From: Spirochaetia bacterium
GTDB lineage: Bacteria > Spirochaetota > Spirochaetia > SZUA-6 > Bin103
NCBI GenBank assembly: GCA_965198005.1
Contig: CBDAOI010000003.1
Coordinates: 384,001-448,000, forward strand
DNA length: 64,000 bases
Direction: 5' to 3'
The stretch's first letter is position 1. Each line of letters starts with the position of its first letter. The position numbers were made by a program, and so were the translations under genes. Shown piece after piece: positions 1-8,327 of the stretch. The notes beneath the pieces were generated by a model. It had not been told where the DNA came from. It saw only the letters and a list, made by a program, of their open reading frames with translations, and searched no databases.

Positions 1-972
1 GGCCGTCGGCAGCAGGAGCTGCTCGATGAGCTGCGACGTGTCCGACTCGGTAAAGACGTACACCTCCAGGTTGCGCATGCCACCGGCGGCACGCAACAGG
101 TCGCTCACGTACCCACCTGCCAGCGGCTGCAGCCCGGCGTGGGTGGTGGAGACCGACAGCACGCAGGTGGCTCGCTGCCGCGCGGGCAGATTGCCGCGCG
201 CACGCTCCTGTTCGAGCGCGTCGTCGAGGGCGCGCAGCCCATAGAGGATCTCGTTGCTACTCGGCGGGGTGCCGATGGGGATGGGGTGGTCGTACCAGAA
301 CAGCTGAGGCTCGCTCGCCACCTTCGCTACGCGCGCATGCAGGTCTTCAGACAGCTCGCTGGCGCCCGCGGCTGGCAAGCCGAGCAGCACGTTGGCGGTG
401 AACAGAATCTGCCGTGCCGGATGCTGCAACGGCGACGGATTGAGGGCCGTGATCCGCACGGTCCGCCGATCGCGAAGCTGTCGCACCTGCGCATCGTGGT
501 CCTCCTGGATGCCAACGCCCTCGGGCATGAACACCTGCCACACACGCTCGGCCGCTGCCCGCTGGTCGTCGCCGCGTGGGTCGCCGCCCCGCTGGTGCCG
601 CCGCAGCCAGTGTGCCAGCTCGCGCAGCTCCCGATGAGGCGCCGCGGCGCTGGCGATCTCGGTGGCGATTCGGTCGAGGGACTCCAGGTAGAAGGTCGCC
701 ACCGCCGCCTCCGTCGCCACCGAGGAGGACGCGGCGCTGCCCCTGGCAACCCGCTGCAGCAGCTTACGGGCCTCGGTCCGCAACGGCGATGGGTCGCCGA
801 GACCCAGCAGGAACGCGGCGTTCAGCGCGCGGAGCTGCGCGTCCGAATCGGTCGCGTCGGGCAAGAACTGATCGGAGGCATCCACGCCGCTGAGCGGCGG
901 GCCGCCGTCCGTGGGCAGCACCAGCGCCGTGGCGATCGACTCGAAGTGGCCGAGGGCCTCAGCATTTTCCAC
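1..972 (-). CDS. Uncharacterised protein, runs off the left edge of the window
   Basis: Not in the ORF track. Manual translation from GTG at 972 gives MENAEALGHFES...ILFTANVLLGLP...LFWYDHPIPIGTPPSSNEILYGLRALD..., a protein-like frame. TAAGCT (-10-like) lies 6 nt upstream. Confidence 0.7.
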   Translation of the reverse strand, partial: MENAEALGHFESIATALVLPTDGGPPLSGVDASDQFLPDATDSDAQLRALNAAFLLGLGDPSPLRTEARKLLQRVARGSAASSSVATEAAVATFYLESLDRIATEIASAAAPHRELRELAHWLRRHQRGGDPRGDDQRAAAERVWQVFMPEGVGIQEDHDAQVRQLRDRRTVRITALNPSPLQHPARQILFTANVLLGLPAAGASELSEDLHARVAKVASEPQLFWYDHPIPIGTPPSSNEILYGLRALDDALEQERARGNLPARQRATCVLSVSTTHAGLQPLAGGYVSDLLRAAGGMRNLEVYVFTESDTSQLIEQLLLPTA

Positions 973-1434
973 GTTGCCAGCTTAGCGCCCGCGATGCGCG
1001 CTCGCCACCGACGGCGCCCACGGCGGGAGCGCCGCGAAACTGTGGTAGCGTGTTCATTCAGACCGTGGGCAGGCGGAGCAGCGAGGCGAAGTCCCGCATG
1101 GATCCCACTGGTGATGTATTGCCATCACGGCCTAAGGGCGGCTTCGCCGCCCGTGCGCCTACTAAGCGCGGCGGAGCCGTGCGTGCACGCTATCCGTATA
1201 GCATACGGCTAACGAATGTCACCCCCGCTTCCCGCGCAGGAGCGCAGCGCAGCTATGGCATCTACGGGCATTGACTGGGAGGTCTGTTCTCATCCCTACC
1301 CACAGATTCAATGCGCTCGCCACCGACAGCAGCCGGGGCAGCCGGGGCGGCCGGGGCGTAACCGCTTGACGCCTGCCCACATAGTCCCCGCAGTGCCAGA
1401 TGCTTACCCCGTAGGTATACTGAAACCGGTGGTG

Positions 1435-1881
1435 ATGCCGGAAGACATTCGCGCGCGCTTTCGCGCCTACGGTCGCGCCGGTGGCGGCGCGAGGGCGAGG
1501 AAACTCACTGCCACGGAACGAACCTCGATTGCGCGGCGCGCAGCTGTGGCTCGGTGGACACGCGAGCGCTTTGGGGCCTCCCGCTTCGCCGACCTGGCAC
1601 TACCCGGCGGCGAGCTCGTCGATGAGGGTCTGCGCGACCTGGCAAACGATCGTACGAGCATCGCCAGCCTGCTGGTGTCGCTGGCGGCGCCGCGGCTGCG
1701 GCGTGAGGGGGTCCCGGTGACCTACACACTCGCCGATCCCGAAGTGCGCCTCTATCGGCTACTGGAAGGCACGGAGGGCGAGATGGCGCACGCGCGTTAC
1801 ACCGCACATCTGCGTCAGGTTGCTTCTTTCGCCGACTCCTGTCGCATGATTCGGCTGTCGCGTGCTGCGGCGGTCGCGTGA
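1435..1881 (+). CDS. Putative antitoxin partner of a DUF6036-type nucleotidyltransferase
   Basis: N-terminal GGGARARKLT..ER..IARRAA.ARW motif and C-terminal LPGGELVDEGLRDL...LLVSLAAPRL...AHARY. Lies directly upstream of the nucleotidyltransferase remnant. Start chosen after TATACT at 1416-1421. Confidence 0.55.
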   Translation: MPEDIRARFRAYGRAGGGARARKLTATERTSIARRAAVARWTRERFGASRFADLALPGGELVDEGLRDLANDRTSIASLLVSLAAPRLRREGVPVTYTLADPEVRLYRLLEGTEGEMAHARYTAHLRQVASFADSCRMIRLSRAAAVA

Positions 1882-1887
1882 GCAGGG

Positions 1888-2255
1888 ATGCGCACCAGCG
1901 TCACCCGCAGGAGGCTGTTCGATTTTATGCGCCACCTGGCCGAGTCGTCACCTCGGGGCGAGAGTCCACGATCGACGTCGACCTGCACAGCGACGACGAG
2001 GCTGTCTTCCGCGACATCCAGCGCATCAAGGAGCGAGACCACGTGAATGTCGAGCTCGCTCGACCCGAGCACTTCGTCCCGCCGCTGGCCGGCGCGGCCG
2101 ATCGCCACGTCTTCATCGCCACCTTCGGCGCCGTGAGCTTCTTTCACTACGATCCCTACTCCCAGCTCCTCTCGAAGGTGGTGCGCGGCTTCCGGCGAGA
2201 TATCGAGGATGCGCAGCGGTTCGTGGCCAGCGGGATGGTAGAGGTAGCGGCGTGA
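1888..2255 (+). pseudogene. DUF6036-like nucleotidyltransferase toxin with internal deletion/frameshift and short C-terminus
   Basis: ATG 1888 frame reads MRTSVTRRRLFDFMRHLAESSPRG. The reading then jumps frame to RESTIDVDL...NVELARPEHFVPPL...HYDPYSQLLSKVVRGFRRD. The GG-motif segment that should precede T.D.D is missing. Confidence 0.6.
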
Positions 2256-2280
2256 CCTGAGTGTCGATGTCCATTTCTGG

Positions 2281-2317
2281 GGGCCCCAACTGAAGTGCCC
2301 CCTAGCAACGAAAGGGC
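2281..2317. repeat. Dispersed ~36-bp motif, degenerate copy (others at 3886-3921 and 14729-14764)
   Basis: GGGCCCCAAC-tgaag-TGCCC-cctagca-ACGAAAGGGC versus the consensus GGGCCCAAAC-N5-TGCGC-N7-ACAATGGGC. Confidence 0.45.
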
Positions 2318-2361
2318 GACAGGGACGAGTTCGAAAGACGCAATAGAGTAAGATGAGGCGC

Positions 2362-3791
2362 ATGGCCCGACGCCGACTGCCCATCGGCATCCAGACCTTC
2401 CGCAACCTGCGCGAGCGGGACTGCTACTACGTAGACAAGACCGCCTACGTCGAACGGCTCCTCGACGAAGGCACGACTGGTCGCAGCGCCATCCGGTGGT
2501 GCGGCTGAGCTTCGGCGGCAGCAATTTCACTGAGCCCGCGCATCTGCACGCCAACGTCATGGCGCAACTGGAGGCGGTAGCGGAACAGCAGGGCGTGAGC
2601 GTGCGCTACGCCACCGCGCCGGAGCGGCTAGCCTTTCTACTCAGGACGTTGCACACCCATACCGGGCAGCGGGTGGCGGTGCTGGTGGACGAGTACGACA
2701 AGCCGATCCTCGATGCGCTGGAGAGGGCAGAGGTGGCGCGCGCCAACCGCGACTTTCTGCGCGGGCTGTACGGGGTCATCAAGGACAGCGACGCGCACGT
2801 GCGGTTCACGTTTCTGACGGGCATCAGCAAGTTCTCCAAGGTGAACCTGTTCTCGCAGTTGAACAACCTCACCGACCTCACGCTGGATCCGGTCTACTCG
2901 TCGATCTGCGGGTACACCGAGGGTGACCTCGACACCGTATTCGCACCGGAGCTGGCCGGCTTGGACCGCGAGCGGGTGCGTGAGTGGTATAACGGCTATA
3001 GCTGGCTGGGCACGGAGAAGGTGTACAACCCGTACGACGTGCTGCTGCTGTTTCGCCGCCGTGAATTCGCCGCCCACTGGTTCGAGACCGGCACGCCGGC
3101 GTTCCTGGTGGACACGCTCATCGAGCGGCGGGTCGCGACGGTTACGCTCGACCGCACGGTGAGCACGGCGGAGCTGCTGTCGACGTTCGACGTGGGCAAC
3201 ATCGCCACCGAGGCGCTGCTTTTTCAGACCGGCTACCTGACCATCACCGGCAAAGAGGAGCTGGGGGGCATGGCGCTCTACCGGCTGGGCTATCCCAACC
3301 GGGAGGTGCGGCAGAGCCTGAACGGGGTCCTGCTACGGCAACTGGTGCAGGACGCGAAGCAGCAGACCACCAACAGCATCCGCCTGGCGCGGATGCTAGA
3401 GGCACACGACTGTGCGGGACTCAAGGACCTGTTCGAGGCGTTCTTCGCCAGCATTCCGTATCAGTGGTACACCAATAACGACATCGCTCGGTACGAGGGA
3501 TTCTACGCGAGCGTGGTGTACTCCTATTTCGCGGCGCTAGGGTACGAGATCGCGGTCGAAGACTCGAGCAGCCACAGCCGGCTCGACATGGCGGTGAGGA
3601 CCGGCGGGCATGTGTATCTGTTCGAGTTCAAGGTGGTCGAGATGGCCTCGCCTGGGTCCGCCCTGGCGCAGTTGCGGGAGCGCGACTACGCGGCCAAGTA
3701 CCGGGGGCGCGGCGAGCCCATCCACCTGATCGGGGTGGAGTTCAGCCGCGAGCGGCGCAACGTGACGGCGTTCGAGGTGGCCGACGGCTGA
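2362..3791 (+). pseudogene. AAA-ATPase-like / PD-(D/E)XK nuclease (PDDEXK_9-type) protein with Walker A region deleted
   Basis: MARRRLPIGIQTF...YYVDKT..LLDEG from 2362 changes frame to HDWSQRHPVVRLSF...LVDEYDKP...TGISKFSK...RLDM..FEFK. The RPRRFGKS P-loop is absent. Confidence 0.8.
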
Positions 3792-4020
3792 CGCTCGGCA
3801 AGGTAACGCTCTCGCTCGAGCGGCAGGTTCCACACGCGGCCCCCCCCCCGACAGCGCCACGAGGCAACGACTCTTTTCTACTTTTGGGCCCAAACTAAAG
3901 TGCGCCTGTAGAACAATGGGCGCCGGCGTGCGTGTGCGGGACCAGACGAGTCGTGCTCGCCTCGCTCACCGAGAAGTGCTTGCCCTCGCGTGGCCGGCCG
4001 GCCATACTCCTCGTTCGCCT

Positions 4021-4195
4021 ATGGGGACCGACGCCATCCACTCCAGCCGCCGGCTAGCGCTGACGCGGCGCCACGAGCGCGGTGGGTCGCGCTTGACACG
4101 GATTGGGGACGGCCTCTACACTCGTCCGCGAATGGGCACCGACACCATCCAGCCCAGCCGCTGCCTAGCGCTGACGCGGCGCCACGAGCGCGGTG
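4021..4195. repeat. Two 64-bp direct repeats (4021-4084 and 4132-4195), 111 bp apart
   Basis: Hand alignment gives 58/64 identical positions. Confidence 0.85.
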
Positions 4196-4509
4196 CAGCA
4201 ATTCTCGGTGAACAAAAATTGAGAGGGTCGGCGTAGGGGGCAATGGCGGGCGGGACGGCACGTAAGTGGTCGTATAGGTCATGAGTATGTAATAAGTTGC
4301 CTAGCGTCTGGACACTCGATCCCAGGGTGGTCATGCTGTCTCCTGGGGAGTGAAACGCCAAAGGAGGATGGATGGAAAAACCTCCATTTTCTTAAGCTAT
4401 GCTACAATGGGCCGGGGCTATGTCCGAATTTGTCATTGACAAGGACCCAAATCAAGTATCTAGTTCGCTGACTACTTTGACACCCAAATATTCGAATGGA
4501 GGAATTGAC

Positions 4510-5076
4510 GTGAACTCATTTAATGAACAAGTTATTTTTGAAGACCGCTTCGATGGGGCGCTAGACGAAGGCTGGTCATGGCTGAGGGAGAACCCGGACC
4601 GTTGGCGTATTCGAGACAGCGGGCTGGAGATTTGCGTCGAGCCCGGTGACGCGGCTACGGTCAGGAACGCGTTGCTAAGGCCCGCGCCAGACCGCGGCGC
4701 TGGCACATTTGCCATCGAAGTGACCGTTACCAACCACACCTATCCAACCCAGCCGTATGAGCAAGCGGGGATCACCTGGTACAATGACGGCAAGCCGGTA
4801 TTCAAGGAGGTGAAGGAGCTCCTTGACGGCGAGCTTTACATCATCCCCGGGCGGCAGCCGATGCCGGCGAAGAGCGTCCGACTGCGCTTGCTGGTTACCG
4901 CGGATTCTTGGGAAGCACAATATCGCCCCGAAGATGCGACAGAATTCCAAACGGCGGCAACAGGCGACCTTCCCCCGCCGGGCGACGACCAGGTGAGTAT
5001 CCAGTGCTATAACGGCCCGGCAGATGCGGCGCATTGGATTCGGTTCGAGAACTTCAGCATTAAGTCATTAACCTAG
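4510..5076 (+). CDS. ConA-like beta-sandwich protein (DUF1349 / beta-xylosidase C-terminal-like)
   Basis: FEDRFDGALDEGWSWLRENP..W...YEQAGI. GGAGGA Shine-Dalgarno before GTG 4510. Confidence 0.55.
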   Translation: MNSFNEQVIFEDRFDGALDEGWSWLRENPDRWRIRDSGLEICVEPGDAATVRNALLRPAPDRGAGTFAIEVTVTNHTYPTQPYEQAGITWYNDGKPVFKEVKELLDGELYIIPGRQPMPAKSVRLRLLVTADSWEAQYRPEDATEFQTAATGDLPPPGDDQVSIQCYNGPADAAHWIRFENFSIKSLT

Positions 5077-5215
5077 GTACATACCAACTCATGTGCCAGA
5101 CAAGTACCGCAGGATTGCAGGTGCGGTAACTGTTTGGTCTCCATTCGCTGAACAGGTGTTGGAGGGGGACATTCCGGCTTGCGGCACCATGGCGACTACT
5201 GACAGGAGCTCATAG

Positions 5216-6136
5216 ATGACACAGACACTTCCGACGGCGGTTCTGGGTCGTACTGGGCTCGAGGTCACCAGACTGGGATATGGCACCGCGCTTCGTAACC
5301 AGCCCGACCACGGGCAGTGGGGAAGGCTTCTCAACGCCGTCCTGGACTCGGGAATCAACTTCATCGACACGGCCAACGACTACGGCGTTCGATCGGCGAG
5401 CGGCCCCGCGGAGGAGCAGATAGGTCGGCACATCAGTGCCCGGCGCTCGGATTATCGCCTGGCGACGAAGTGTGGATGCGCACCCGACGGCCACATCTGG
5501 ACCAGGGAAAACGCGTTCCGTGGCCTGCATGAGAGCCTGGAGCGCTTGAAGACCGACTACGTCGACATAATGCAGTACCATAACCCCACGGTCGAGGAGT
5601 GCGAGGCCGGGGACCTGGTGGCCGTCCTTCAGGACATGAAGGCGCAGGGTAAGGTGCGCTGGCTGGGCATCTCGACCACCCTGCCTCACCTGCCTACCTA
5701 TCTTGACTGGGGCGTGTTCGATACTTTCCAGATTCCCTACTCGGCCCTGGAACGGGACCACGAAGACTGGATCGCGAAGTCGGCGGAGGCCGGCACCGGC
5801 ATCATCATCCGGGGTGGCGTGGCCCAGGGAGAGCCTGAAGTCGGCTCAGGCCGAGCCGACCGGTGGCAGAAGTTTGAGGAGGCAGGCCTGGACGAGCTAA
5901 TGGAGGAAGGCGAAACCCGGACCACCTTCGTCCTACGCTACACGCTGACCCACCCGTACTCGCACACCAACATCGTGGGCACGTCGAATCTCGACCACCT
6001 GCAAGAGAACATCCGGGGCATTCTGAGAGGCCCGCTGTCGGAAGACGTCTACGTTGAGAGCAAGCGGCGCCTGGCCGCCGCCGGCGGGAGCTGCTGGAGA
6101 TCGATGAGCCGCTCGACTACGAGAATGCGCCGGTGA
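5216..6136 (+). CDS. Aldo/keto reductase (C-terminal tail probably chimeric)
   Basis: LGRTGLEVTRLGYG, IDTANDYG, ATKCG, SLERLKTDYVDI, GTSNLDHLQEN. Confidence 0.9.
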   Translation: MTQTLPTAVLGRTGLEVTRLGYGTALRNQPDHGQWGRLLNAVLDSGINFIDTANDYGVRSASGPAEEQIGRHISARRSDYRLATKCGCAPDGHIWTRENAFRGLHESLERLKTDYVDIMQYHNPTVEECEAGDLVAVLQDMKAQGKVRWLGISTTLPHLPTYLDWGVFDTFQIPYSALERDHEDWIAKSAEAGTGIIIRGGVAQGEPEVGSGRADRWQKFEEAGLDELMEEGETRTTFVLRYTLTHPYSHTNIVGTSNLDHLQENIRGILRGPLSEDVYVESKRRLAAAGGSCWRSMSRSTTRMRR

Positions 6137-6384
6137 TGCAAGCCCTTCGTGAAGCAAAGGCGCAGGGGCTGTGCCGTTACATTGGCCTCAGTTCGTTGGC
6201 CCGGGCGACCGGTATTTCGATCGCAGCATTGACGGTTCGCTTTTTGATCGCCAATAAAGAACTGTCGACCATCCTTGTGGGTGCGTCCACACCCGAGGAA
6301 CTCGAGGAGAGCGTCGTGGCCGCGCAGGCAGGTCCGCTACCGCCTGATATTCAGCAAACCCTGGAGGAACCTGAAAGACTATAG
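6133..6384 (+). pseudogene. Fragment of a second aldo/keto reductase
   Basis: ALREAKAQGLCRYIGLS is joined directly to ..ILVGASTPEELEESV..GPLP; the middle is missing. Confidence 0.65.
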
Positions 6385-6975
6385 AGACAAAGTCGCGGTG
6401 ATCACCGGCGCAGGGCGCGGCATCGGCCGAGGGATTGCCCTCCACTGTGCCAAGGAAGGGATGAAGGTCGTCTTGGCCGGATTCGGGATGGAATCCCTCA
6501 CCAAGACCGCCGCCGACCTGAAGGCGCTCGGGGCCGAGACGCTGATCGTCCAGACCGATGTATCCCAGGTAGAACAGGTGGAAAACCTGGCAGCAGCCAC
6601 GGTCGAAGCATTTGGGCAGGTCGGGGCCGGGCAAGACACTGGAGCTCACGCTGGACGATTGGAACTGGATCATGGGGGTCAATTTCTACGGGGTGCTCTA
6701 TGGCCTGCGCGCATTCGTCCCCCGCATGAATCAAACGGGAGCAGCCAAGCCATGTGGTCAACGTCTCATCCCTTTCCGGCGTGGTCCCGGGGCGCGGGTC
6801 GTATGGGGTCTCGAAACATGCCGTGGTGGCCCTGACCGAGTCGCTCTATTACGATTTGGCCGAGTTGGCGCCCCACGTCAAGGTTTCGGTACTCTGCCCG
6901 GGTTGGGTGGCGACCGAGTTTTACCGCGTGGATCAATCTCGTCCGGCGCGCGCAGTACCGAAAGAAGGCGGCGCC
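6372..6975 (+). pseudogene. Short-chain dehydrogenase/reductase, frameshifted and truncated
   Basis: KVAVITGAGRGIG, DWNWIMGVNFYGV, VNVSS..YGVSKHAV (YxxxK) are spread over different frames. NNAG is deleted. Confidence 0.8.
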
Positions 6976-6979
6976 ACAC

Positions 6980-7081
6980 CTCGCCTTTTGGCCCGGCCTG
7001 GCTTTGACGATTACCGTGTACAGCCTGAACATGCTTGGTGACGCGGTGCGCGACCTGCTCGACCCGCGGCTCATCGGTGGT
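6980..7081 (+). pseudogene. Orphan 3' fragment of a DppC/OppC-type permease
   Basis: LAFWPGLALTITVYSLNMLGDAVRDLLDPRL, matching the C-terminus of 49205-50122. Confidence 0.8.
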
Positions 7082-7216
7082 GCGGCGCGGCTGGGTGCGC
7101 AAGGCGCCAGGTCGGTTTAGGGGGGGTGCGGCACGGCTGGTTCCCGCGTGCATGCGTCGCAAGGCGACGTCATCTCAGCCGTTCGGAGACTTCATTCGAC
7201 GAGTAAGGAGTGAGAC

Positions 7217-7339
7217 ATGAAGACGATCCAAGTGAGGTTCCCCGACCGCATCCATGGGCGACTCAAAGCGCTCGCCAAGGAAGAAGGTGTTTCGCCGGTC
7301 GTCATCATCGTCTTCAGCATCAACGTCGGTGGGGTGATC
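7217..7339 (+). pseudogene. Ribbon-helix-helix/HicB-type antitoxin N-terminus fused to a 45-bp DppC fragment
   Basis: MKTIQVRFPDRIHGRLKALAKEEGVS followed by PVVIIVFSINVGGVI. AAGGAG Shine-Dalgarno upstream. Confidence 0.65.
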
Positions 7340-8327
7340 AGCCTGCCATGGGCCGGGCGGCACTGGCGATCAGCTCGCCGAGCCGGCGCCGCGCGGCGGG
7401 CGGCAGCGGCAGCACGCCGCCGGCTGCCGCGTGGCTGATCTGCTGCGGGCTGCGCGCGCCGACGATCACGGCGCTCACCGCCGGGTGGGACGCCGCCCAC
7501 GCCAGGGCGTACTGCTCGGCGCGGCCGCCGCGCGCGGCGGCGAACTCGCGCAGCGCGGCCGCCACCCGCAGGTGAGGCGCGAGCCGCGGTTCATTGAACG
7601 CGGGGTCGCGGGTGCGCCAGTCGTCGCCCGGCATGCGCCGCCGGCGCCGGTGGTCGAACCCGTGGGCCAGGATGCCGGAAGCGAGCGGGCTGTAGGCGAG
7701 CACCGCGATCCCGCGCCGGGCGCACCAGGGCAGCAGCCGGGGTTCGGGGGCGCGCTGCAGCAGGTGGTAGCACAGTTGCACCGAGCCGATCGCACGCGCG
7801 TGGTGCAGGTGCGCCAGCTCCGGGCCGGCCAGGTTGCACACGCCGCCGGCCCGCACCGTGCCCTGCTCGATGAGCCGTCCGATCGACTCCCACGCGGCAT
7901 CCAGGTCGCAGTCCGGCCCCGGCCAGTGGATCTGATAGAGGTCGAGGTGGTCGGTGCGCAGCCGCTTGAGGCTGGCGGTCGCCTCGGCGAACACGCTCTG
8001 TCGGGTCAGGCGCGGATAGGGGCGGCGGCTGCCGGGCTGCCAGAGGAATCCGCACTTGGTCGCCAGCAGCACGCGGCTGCGCAGCCCGTGCTCGGCAAGG
8101 GTGCGGCCGACCAGCTCCTCCGCGTGCCCGACGCCGTACACGGGGGCAGTGTCGATCCAGTTGATGCCGAGGTCGACGGCGCGCAGGATCGTGGCGCGCG
8201 AGACCGCGTCGTCCTGGCGGCCCCACGCGTACCGCCAGCCGGCTCCGCCGAGCGCCCAGGTCCCCAGGCCGATGCGGCTCAGCCCCGGCAGCAGCCCCGG
8301 CCCCGGCCCGCCGCCGGCCGGGCCCAT
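7338..8327 (-). CDS. Aldo/keto reductase
   Basis: IGLGTWALGG, WIDTAPVYG, ATKCG, DLYQIHWP, AYSPLASG. TGATG coupling to recD2. Confidence 0.9.
   Translation of the reverse strand: MGPAGGGPGPGLLPGLSRIGLGTWALGGAGWRYAWGRQDDAVSRATILRAVDLGINWIDTAPVYGVGHAEELVGRTLAEHGLRSRVLLATKCGFLWQPGSRRPYPRLTRQSVFAEATASLKRLRTDHLDLYQIHWPGPDCDLDAAWESIGRLIEQGTVRAGGVCNLAGPELAHLHHARAIGSVQLCYHLLQRAPEPRLLPWCARRGIAVLAYSPLASGILAHGFDHRRRRRMPGDDWRTRDPAFNEPRLAPHLRVAAALREFAAARGGRAEQYALAWAASHPAVSAVIVGARSPQQISHAAAGGVLPLPPAARRRLGELIASAARPMAG

Noticed and set aside
139-1212. 357-aa plus-strand ORF and many other long overlapping ORFs (for example 8519-10684, 23870-26506, 32892-35633, 40449-42299)
   Set aside because: These are antisense or alternative-frame shadows of real genes in high-GC DNA. 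They are Arg/Ala/Gly-rich and carry no family motifs.
6372-6975. SDR as the missing CapC reductase
   Set aside because: It is broken, lies 50 kb from capAB within a fragment mosaic, and has no specific evidence linking it.
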